Shown here: positions 22,249-32,505 of the stretch, piece by piece
Layout: each line of letters opens with the position of its first letter
Position numbering within the stretch: the stretch's first letter is position 1
Assembly (NCBI GenBank): GCA_010093745.1
Contig: MU005960.1
Span: forward strand, 186,636 to 250,635
Length of the DNA: 64,000 bases
DNA from: Piedraia hortae CBS 480.64
Taxonomy: Eukaryota
Reading direction: 5' to 3'
Program-made: the position numbers and the translations under genes
The notes under the pieces: generated by a model
What the model saw: only the letters and a program-made list of their open reading frames with translations
What the model was told of the DNA's origin: nothing
The model's database searches: none

Positions 22249-23939
22249 ATGGACAACTTCACAATCGTGCAGGAGGAAAAGCTCTCGAACCTGCAAAGCC
22301 TTCATGCCGCACTGGTGTCGATCGGCGCCAACAGCCTGTTGCTTGCTGATGTTAAGCACGTCATTGGTGCCACCTTCCAGGCACTCGGCCGTTGGGACGA
22401 CACTGTAACCGCCCTGGATTCTAGTCTAGGCCTCAAAGTCAAGGTTCTGAGAACCGACCACCCATCTATCCTAAGCACAGCAAGCCTTCTCGCCGGCCTT
22501 TGGGATAACCATGCACGCCTCGACAGCGCCGTAAGTCTGTATAGGCATGTGCATGATTGTCGCGAAGTGAAATTGGGCCCTTACCATTCTGACACGCTGG
22601 TCTCCCTCTGTGACCTTGGCCGCAATCTGATGGCTGTTGGGCGGCCCGAGGATGCCGAAGAGATATTGAGCCGAGCTTACTCCAGGCTCTCTTTTCAGTT
22701 GGGGCCTGGGCATCATCTCAGCTTGGTTGCCCTTGCTCGTGTCAGAAAGAAATTCTTCTCCCGGGGACAGTGGGCCGAAGCTTCGGCCACACCGATTGAG
22801 GCCATTGAAGGTATGACGAAGAACCGCAACCAAGATGGGCCGCTGCCTACAGAAAAGATGGAGACCTTGAATGATCTCGTCCATATCTATCCCGTACAAC
22901 GAATACACAAGGAGGCGGCAGATGTCCTCTTCGTGTTCTTAAGGCGCAGAAAGCGCTCTGGGGCATGGACGATGCCCGCACGAATGCTCTGAGGCTAATT
23001 ACGCAGAAAGTACTCTAAATCAAACTGAGTGTCATGCGCTGCTACTATGTTTCCAATGGGGCCGACTCAGCGCGCAACCTCATGTTGAGTGACATGAACG
23101 GCGAAACGACAGGCACAGCTGCCTCTCATGCCCGGCTCGATGACTCGCAGCGCCCGGCTGGCATTACTGAACCCACAAATATTGTCGTTGAGCACACAGC
23201 CGGGCTGACAGCTTTCAGAAGCCAGTGTGAAAGAGGAAGGATCGTCGCTACCATCGGCGGCTTAATTCAGATGTTGGCCTTGGCTAGTGTCACTCACAAC
23301 GACAATGTCACCGGCGTGATCCGTCCTGATGGTTTCTCTCTGCCAGCAGATGAGACTGAAGCCCCGCCAACTGGCGGCGAGCGCTCCACGCAGATTAGCG
23401 CGGAGTCATGTGGTGAGGTTGAGGCCACAAGAGCCGCGGGCGAGAAGGGGCACAAGAACAGCAACAAACGCATTGATACTTCACCAAGGCCTACCACGGC
23501 AGACGCTCGCCAGAGTTCTGTCAGCGATACGGCCAGCCACAGTCCTCGGACCAGTGCTTCCGAGACCATGAAGAAAGACATGAACCAGGCTACTCCAGAA
23601 GGCACAGGCAGCCACGGCTCTCGGCCAGTGATTCCAAGGCTAGCAAAAAAGCTGTTAAAGAGGCTGATGCAGGCAGTATGGGCAGTTGCGGCTCTCCGGC
23701 CAGTAAATCTCCCAAGGCCAACAAGAAAGAGAGTGCAGCCAATGCCGTTACAGACGCATCCCCGGAGAATGATAGAGAAGCAGGTACTTGCGCCACGGGC
23801 AGAGATTGGCATGAAGCTCCAGATGGAATCAATAAGCCCTCGGCGAGCCAGAATCCCACGCAGAGCAAGAGATACTCCAGTGTTTGTGCTGGCGTCAAGA
23901 ATCGGAGAAACAAGTCCAACTAAGGCCACTTATCAGTGA
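22249..23939 (+). pseudogene. Decayed TPR protein plus disordered tail, paralog of 1032-3590
   Basis: TPRs such as LGPYHSDTLVSLCDLGRNLMAVGRPEDAE. After a frameshift near 22940 the frame reads AQKALWGMDDARTNALRLI, matching IQEELHGDDHPTARELNLI of the intact gene. The low-complexity tail is broken across frames. Confidence 0.7.
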
Positions 23940-25624
23940 GCTGTGTGCTGGGTAGAGTGGAGATACGGTTGGATAGAATGGAGACACGGTCGTGAAGGGG
24001 TTTGAAACTCCTGTACTTATAGCAAGTTTTTTTTTTCCTCAATCACGTTATGCTATGATGTCAATTTCTTTGCCAGCTTTTCTTTGCAAAATTTGAAGTG
24101 TTGCGTATCGTATAGCTTCGGTCGAGTGTAGTGTCAATTATCTCTGATTCAATAGTAGGTACAAAAAACCTTGCATACTTGTTACCCCCCATCACTATGC
24201 TTAAAGCCCTATATTTCTATCTGACGAACCGCTGATACAACAAATCTCTGCTGGGACGGGACAGCTTTACGTCACGTGGTGATGCATCCTGTCGATTCTG
24301 GAAGTGGGGCTGACTTGGCACGTTCCCAAAACCCCACCACGCCTCAAGAGATCGCCAAGGCACCCCCAACTGTCAACAACGCGGGTGTATATACGCGTCT
24401 TTTAGCCTCGAGGAAAATATTTCCAGGCTCGACCCGTGACGCGTGTCGCGCTCCTTCCCAAAGACCAACCTCCAATACGATTCTCTCCACTTGCTCTCAA
24501 CACCGCACGCCGATGGCTCCTTTCTTCTTGGAAGGATTTGACAGGCTTTACTGCTACGCTGCCGGAATTGCCGTTATCTCGCTTTGCTGCGTCTCTCACA
24601 TCACTATTGACTGGCCCTCCCGCGGCTGGAGCCCAACTAAAAGCTTCGGCAATCGCTACAAGCGAGCAGAACGAGCTAAAAGGGCCAAAGAAGCTCAGGA
24701 ATCGAAGCCACCGCGCAAACATGAGAGGGCACCGCCCCAGCCATCCCGCGCGAGGGTTCCCAAGGATAGGCATTATCGCTACTAAGACATGCCGGTTCAG
24801 GCGCGCGTACAGAGAGAAGCCGGATGCAAACTTTTGTCTATACGACACCGACGGCGTACATAACACAAGCTCTGTTATTCTCTTGTCGCCCGGTCCAAAA
24901 TTAAAGGGTATGGGTTGCACGCAAACTTTTGTCTCGCACGATTAACTGTTCGTGGAATACTCGAAGCCGGACCCGTTCAACATCGCAGCTACTTTGCCGG
25001 ACTACATGGATAAGGGGTTGATGTTCATGGAGCACCACCATCTTAGTTTGGCTTTTATCCTGTGTGCGAAAGCTGTCGATGTGGTCTATCCAGCCTTGCT
25101 CGCTTGCTGAGGGGATAGCCAAACCGGTCTAGGATGTTTGCAGACGATTGTCTTGTGTGTCATGCAGTATGCTTCGGGTGGTAGGACGCAGCCAGGTACT
25201 GTACACAGGCAATCTTTACCCAAATTTGTATGATCCATCGTTCCTTTGTTCTCGGACGGGAAGTCAGAGAGGCCTAGATCTTGGGCCTCCTTGGCATGTA
25301 ATTGCCGTGTAAAGTTAACATTACGTGACCCGCTGCTTGATGCTTTGTCGTGTAAATGTGTTAGGTGATCATCCCTGATCTTGTTGCAGGGCCTATTCCT
25401 TCCTCCCTGCTTTGATTTAGTGTAGTGAAGTGTGTGTATTGGGAACACTAATTCAGTCCACGGAGTTATAGGGCAACTCATTAACTTCAGACGAAGTTAC
25501 TGAGACATGGGTAGTAGAATCTTACATATCGTGGCATAAAAGGCAATCACTCTTAATGATGCACTTCATGCTTCGCAACCCTGCTATCCACACACCAACA
25601 GCAATCACACTATAGGAACATCCA

Positions 25625-26768
25625 ATGGACGATCCAGGTATCGTGCGCAAGATTGGAGAGTTCGGCTTTCTCAATCCTACGTTGGACGAAATGAAGATGA
25701 AAAAGAAACATTACAAGGGAGTGCTGCAAACCATGCAAACTACACTTGGAACGGACCATCCCACGAACCTCGTCATAGTCGAGCGTTTTGCATACATTTA
25801 TGCGTACATTGGCAAATTCGATGATGCATTGCTCCTGTTCAAGCGTCTGTATGTCTGGCAGGCGACAACGGTGGATCAGGACAACTTAGATGCTTTGGAA
25901 ACATCCCAACACCTTGCAACCGTTCATATGAACCTTGACCAGCTTGATGAAGCGTTGGAACCGTATGAAGAAGCAAGCCAAGGGTACATTAATTTCCTCG
26001 CTCCAATGCATCAACATATACTCGAAACAGAGTACGGATAAGGACTTGTATGTCTGAAAAAGCCAGATTTTGCCCAAGCAGAAGCCGCCCTCCACTTAGC
26101 CTTGGAAGGATGCAAACAGAAACTGAGCAGGTCACACATGCTTATGCTGAAGGTAAAGGGAGCGGTTACAGACTTTTACAGCCTGACCGTTTAGTTGACG
26201 GAGGACGAAGATGTTGTGATGGACGTGCATGGGAAACGGGAATTGAATTCCGGGCCAGATGAGCTTGCTACCACCGCCTCGGCTAAGAAGTAGAATCAAA
26301 GTAGGATATATATTGCGCTCGTCGAGTGCCCACACAATGACGTCAAACAGCAGTCATGTGACCCTATGAGATATATGCGTCATGTTAATCATGCTGTGTT
26401 ACTAAGGACTTACTCAAAAAGGTTCTGGAGAACGCACTTGAGGAATAAAAGTCGAATTCCAGGACGAACAGCCTGGATACCGCCATTATGGCCACCCAGC
26501 TTGGCTTCGTCTGCTCCAGACTTGGCTGTTGGAATGAAGCGGAGAAGGTTTTAAGGGACTCTACGTTGACTTGATTCGTCTCCACGGGGCAAATCATTTA
26601 CATTCGTTGGAGACGCTCGGCGAACTGGGAAATTGCCTCATCAGCGTCGGCAAGTTAAAGGATGCGGAGCGGATGCTCGATCGCGCCCACTCAGAGGTCT
26701 CGTCCAAAGAGGGCCCTCACTCCTTTCGTACATTTAAGGTTCTCGCACGCCTGTGCAGGCTATATTAA
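25625..26768 (+). pseudogene. Decayed TPR protein, paralog of 1032-3590, ending at LTR-like copy 4
   Basis: RKIGEFGFLNPT...LGTDHPTNL aligns with RKMQQLGFSDPT...HDDKHPLTL. Stop at 26039-26041 and further frame breaks. Last TPR fragment is 26571-26768. Confidence 0.72.
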
Positions 26769-27139
26769 AAAGACAGATAGTATGTACGAGTGAGAACGAT
26801 GGATGGAAAGTAGAGATGTGTTTTATGAGTGAATACAAGTATGTCTTCGAGGTAACATCAGAGAATATATTCCGGGCTGGAAGGCCCGTGCGTAGCCTCG
26901 TATGAAGAGTCATCAATTGTATGACCGTAAGCAAGTGGTCATACATGCAGTAAAACTGTCAGCATGCAGCCTTACTCCATGACTCACCTCAAACAATAGC
27001 AGGGCGCATTTACCATGTCGCATGCGACATGACCCTGAGGGAGACCTCTGTGAGAACAAAACCTAGGGTGCAGCTGTTGGTGTAAGAGGTGTCGCGCAGT
27101 TGCATCGTCCATTCATAGTAACAAGACTTCCTGCCAACA
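26768..27139 (-). mobile_element. LTR-like repeat copy 4, inverted relative to copy 1
   Basis: Ends CCAACA on the plus strand (TGTTGG on minus). Colinear with copy 1 over about 370 bp. The inner end is degenerate and approximate. Confidence 0.65.
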
Positions 27140-27471
27140 GAGAGCTCGCCATTCCACTCGGCTAGATCTAATTGGTGTTTCGGTGTCTTCAGCACACCCC
27201 CTCCGATGATTGCTTCAGGATCATGCGCAGCCATGGGGAGGAATTCTCCTCATGGCTATCCCGCAGTAATGTCCAAATGAGTTTGTCCGTCTAGACAGTA
27301 TCTGTATCGACTCTGAAGCCAACATGAATAGGTGGTCAGGCTGTGTTGGATGTGAAGCAATTACTGGCGGTCCTTGAAAATTAGAGGCCTCAAACATTAC
27401 CGTTGGATAGGAGTCATATGGTAACGGGCAGGCACTTCGACTTCTAAAAGTGGTAGAGTTCCACAATATCG

Positions 27472-29597
27472 TTATGACACTACCAAGGCCCTAGCGGTAC
27501 GAAAATTCCGTCGACACACAACAACCACTGTCCTTCCATCCTCCCTTCCAACCGATAAAATCCCACTACTAATCCATCTCCCTCTCCCTCTCCCTCTCCT
27601 TCGCCTCCTTCCCACCTCAAACTTCTCCTTCAACTCCGCCCCCGACGCTGACGTATCCCAGTACATTTCCGACATACGTTCCCACATTGATTCCTCCAAC
27701 AACGAGGATCACCCTCCCGCATAGTCCTCTCAATATATCCCCCAATAGCCTTCATACATTTCAACTGCATCTGCATCCTTCTAATCCCACTCTCCTTCAT
27801 CTCCGACTCCTTGTGATTATCCAACACCTCTTTCACCGACTCAAACCTCTCAGTAACCGGTATTCTCCTCTTCTTTGGCACTGGCTTGCGTGGCAGGGGC
27901 TTTACTCTTGCGCGCCTAGAGCGCAGCACCTTATCCTCCACACTCGCAGTCTCCTTCGCAGCCCGAATCACACCAACCAAGTGCACAGCCCGGCGAGCAA
28001 GGTGTCCTGACCCGGGAGTCTTCGCCTCTTTCCCGTTTTCCTGAGGCTTTTCAAGGAAGATCAGCTCTTGCAAGCCCAGCTCTTCGTCATCACGAATTTC
28101 GGACCAAGCGCCGAACCCATGGCGCTGAATCCCGACGAGGAATTTTGAGTCTTCGACAGCTCCCCAGCAGACGCTCCAGTCTGTTGTCATGGCTCTTTCG
28201 GGGATGCGGAAGTCGCGCCAGTGCGTGCACTTGGCGATCTCGTCGCAGGTTAGGGACATGTCGTTTTGGCGGCTGAGGATTTTTTCTGCGTCGAGACGCT
28301 TCACGTCGCCGAACTCGAAGTGGATTGCTTTTCGGTTTTTTTATGGGTTGGATCGCGCTCCTGCTCAGCGACCATGATGGCTTCGCGTGCGGCTTAGTTG
28401 AGGTCACGCAGGGTGACGCGAATGGAGATGGAGGTGCGTTCTGGAACGCCCATTTGGGTTAGGATTTGGGAGGGGTAGGAAGAGAAATTGCCCCAGCGCT
28501 CGGTCGCGCTCATTAGAGAGCTAAGGTGTTTAGTGTTCATGGCTGAGGGCTGGATTGGGTCTTCGAGGTGAGCGCAGGAGTCTTTTTTTCTTGGGCTGTG
28601 GTTACTCGGGGCTGCTGGTTTCTTCGGATGAGTTCCGAACGATTCGGCGCGCCTTGGCTGTGCACTTTGGGCGCTCGTCATTGTCAGCATCCTTGCGCTT
28701 CGCACCGCGGGCTTATGGATTTTTATTGGCCGCGACGGGCTTGGTCGAGGGCTTGGTGGCCGTGCGCGGGCTCTCTTGCACAGGTGTCGGCGGCTCATTG
28801 CCGGAAGTGATTGCTCGCTTGGCTTGGGTTCTTGGAGGAGATTGTGCTTTCTTGAGTGCCTTCGGGGCATGCGAGGAATTATCGTCGCCATCATGCGATA
28901 TCTTGCGCTTCAACCTGATCTGCGCTGTTGCCGACTTCTTAGAAATGGTAAGCTTCGATGGCTTCTCCACGATTTTGGCGCTGCGAGTACAGGGGTTTAA
29001 GTTCCCGCTGTTGTTTTCCGGGCGGTGAACCGGGAAGCTTGGCAGGGGCTTCAGCCTTGCGCTTTTCGGAGGTACGTCTTGTTTCCTGCATCACTTCCCC
29101 CTCAGTATCGTCGCTGGCTGAGTCGTTATTGGCTTCCTCGACATGTTCGCTCTTGTGGCTTTTCTTTGTAGCGCCCTGTTCTTTGTCCGTCTGTCAGCAG
29201 TGATCGCTTTGTCCTGCTGCTCATCAGCAGAGTCATTAGATGCAACGTAGTAACTTGAACCATCCTATGCTTCCTGCAATGAGTCTTCGGATTCGTCAAT
29301 GTTAACACAAGAAGATTCAATGTTATGATTCTCTGCATTTAGCCACTTCTCAAACTCTTCCATGTCTACGTAAGACAACTCTGAGGCATTGTCACCCTCT
29401 TTGACCTCTTCATCAGTAGCAGCAACATTGACTACACTTTTGGCGCTGGCCGAGGGGGAAACTCCGACGATGTTTCCCTCTTCTCCATAGGAAGACCCGT
29501 GAGCGTGTACACCAATACTTAAAATTGGCTTCCAGTTGACAGACTCGATAGATTGAGTAGACGGGCTTACAGCACGGCCATGGCTAGACTCCTTCAC
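27472..29597 (-). pseudogene. CHD1-derived gene: SANT-SLIDE DNA-binding domain plus C-terminal helical (DUF4208-like) domain behind a basic low-complexity region, fragmented
   Basis: KAIHFEFGDVKRLDAEKIL, FRIPE...WGAVEDSKFLVGIQRHGFGAWSEIRDDEELGL...IFLE, KTPGSGHLARRAVHLV and MWERMSEMYW match the Chd1 C-terminus as recalled. Stop at 28394-28396, frameshifts near 28340 and 27700. The 5' limit is uncertain. Confidence 0.75.
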
Positions 29598-31640
29598 AGA
29601 CTTGGCCTCCGAAGAGTAAGAGGAAGATATGCTCGCGTATTAAACTGAATGACTTTGTATTATCAACACCTAAGTCCAATTCAATGCCCCAGAGACCTAT
29701 TGCAATCCTCCTCGCCAAAGCAAGTGGACACACTAGCTAGAGGAAAAGCAATAACATTTGAATGACTAAGGTTTTCTGATACCAATGAGTGTCGAGGGAG
29801 AGGCAAAGCAGAGCACAGAATTCTTTAGTGGGGCAGAAACAGGGCCCATGTGATCGTGTGACTAAGAAATTCTCAACACAGGTAGTGTTACCTGGGAGAA
29901 GTTTCGTGTCGTAATAACATGATGCTCAGAGTTGGTGACTTGATCCACATTCTTCTTCATTGGGCTTGACGAGCACCTCGAACAGAGTGCCAAACTCCTT
30001 CTGGGAAGGCATGAACTCCACTTGCAACTTGATGACGCCACGTCTGCACATCGTCAGCGGGACGTCGGTCCTTTTCTTTCCTGAGTATATTCGAAGGATG
30101 ACAAAAGACGAGCAACTCTACCTTCGGCATCAATGATCGAGGAAAGGAGAAGGTTTACAGATCTTCTATCCCTTCCCCTTTGGGAAGGAACTTGACATCT
30201 CCACGGTCAACTCTCCAAACACAAAGACTGGAACCCCAAGAAATTTTTCCTGGCTCCTCAAGATTAACCGGCTGTTCAAATACAATACATGAGTGCGTCA
30301 CTTTTTTTTCAGCTGATAGCGCGTGCAGTGCTTAACTGTGGGTCTGGTAAAGTTGAGATACCGTTGCCAACCGCCGAAGACATCCTGCTTCCTGTGCCCT
30401 GACGACATCTCTCATGCCGTTCTGGCCTCCCGAGATTCTGAATTCTTCATTCGCCTCACCTACCACATCCAGACCGACTTTGCACCTATGGACATCCCCA
30501 CCTCATCCAGCGTGCCCATTCTGATATTATGGATTTGCCTACATATCTTCCCTTACGCCCGCGCAGTACTCATCGCATGGGCAGACCCCTTCCACCTCAA
30601 AGCCCCCCTTCCTTTCAGCTCAAGCCTGCACACAATGGTCCCCAAGATCCCCTAGGCACCCCCACCAAAGCGGTTGATCACCAATCGATCCCCTACAAGC
30701 CTGAATATATCATCTCTGCCTCCATCTCACCAGTTGGGATTTCCTTTAGTCCCAGGTTGATGGTCACGGGGCTGCATCCCAGGTGCATTTAATCTCGGAT
30801 TATTGCCGGTGAGTTTACCAGTGGGTGCCTTGCAATGAAGGTGAGCTGCCCTGGATTATGTCTCTCAAGCAAGACGACAAGAACAAAAGCGGTAGAAGTT
30901 TTAGCCATATTGGAGTCCATTCCCATTTGAATTGATCTGCCTACAAGGATGGGAGAATAGCGGCGCAGTTCTCGTCGCGAGGTGCGAGCTGGCAACCAGC
31001 CTCCGCGAACTTGCAACCAACCTCCATGAACTCGAGTGTTTGCTGTGTCCAGGTGTTTACGGGGCCTGGAGACCGGGTTGGGGGTTCTGACAGCCTGCTA
31101 TAAAGGGGGAAGGGGGGTGTCTACAGGTGTGTGTAGGTCGGATTTGGGGTGCTGACAGTCTGCTATAAAAAGGAATTCGTTGTATTTAGTGTTCGCTATA
31201 TCGTTAGATTGTACAGCCGTGTTACCACCATACATTTAAGATTGTGGAGGCCGTCACTAGAGCCAAATTTGACTGTGCGTATGCCATCCACCGCCAACAA
31301 AACCCACTCAGGCCTCCCCCAAGGCAAAAAGTAATCAAAGAATCAAACATCTATGTCCCTACAAAAGATCTATCCAATCCCTTGAACAAAAAAGTCATTC
31401 CCTATACCCTTTCGTCTCCTCCGCCACCCACCCCAACGAAAAAAAGTTAAAAAGGAATCAAAAATCTATACCCCTACAAAGCCCCCGATCCCTTAAACTT
31501 TTCCCTCTTTACATCAAAAAAAACTCCAACCCAAAACGCTCACGAAAAAAGCAGTACAAAAACTTTTTACCCTAGGCGAAGCATCCCCTATCCATTCCTT
31601 CTTTTCACCCTCCCTCATCGTCCCTGTCCATTCCTCCTAT

Positions 31641-32505
31641 NNNNNNNNNNNNNNNNNNNNNNNNNNNNNNNNNNNNNNNNNNNNNNNNNNNNNNNNNNNN
31701 NNNNNNNNNNNNNNNNNNNNNNNNNNNNNNNNNNNNNNNNNNNNNNNNNNNNNNNNNNNNNNNNNNNNNNNNNNNNNNNNNNNNNNNNNNNNNNNNNNNN
31801 NNNNNNNNNNNNNNNNNNNNNNNNNNNNNNNNNNNNNNNNNNNNNNNNNNNNNNNNNNNNNNNNNNNNNNNNNNNNNNNNNNNNNNNNNNNNNNNNNNNN
31901 NNNNNNNNNNNNNNNNNNNNNNNNNNNNNNNNNNNNNNNNNNNNNNNNNNNNNNNNNNNNNNNNNNNNNNNNNNNNNNNNNNNNNNNNNNNNNNNNNNNN
32001 NNNNNNNNNNNNNNNNNNNNNNNNNNNNNNNNNNNNNNNNNNNNNNNNNNNNNNNNNNNNNNNNNNNNNNNNNNNNNNNNNNNNNNNNNNNNNNNNNNNN
32101 NNNNNNNNNNNNNNNNNNNNNNNNNNNNNNNNNNNNNNNNNNNNNNNNNNNNNNNNNNNNNNNNNNNNNNNNNNNNNNNNNNNNNNNNNNNNNNNNNNNN
32201 NNNNNNNNNNNNNNNNNNNNNNNNNNNNNNNNNNNNNNNNNNNNNNNNNNNNNNNNNNNNNNNNNNNNNNNNNNNNNNNNNNNNNNNNNNNNNNNNNNNN
32301 NNNNNNNNNNNNNNNNNNNNNNNNNNNNNNNNNNNNNNNNNNNNNNNNNNNNNNNNNNNNNNNNNNNNNNNNNNNNNNNNNNNNNNNNNNNNNNNNNNNN
32401 NNNNNNNNNNNNNNNNNNNNNNNNNNNNNNNNNNNNNNNNNNNNNNNNNNNNNNNNNNNNNNNNNNNNNNNNNNNNNNNNNNNNNNNNNNNNNNNNNNNN
32501 NNNNN
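31641..32505. other. Assembly gap (865 N)
   Basis: Run of N. Confidence 1.

Noticed and set aside
31080..31640. Short direct repeats (CTGACAG.CTGCTATAAA twice; AATCAAA.ATCTAT twice) next to the gap
   Set aside because: Only two degenerate units each, in probable low-quality contig-end sequence.
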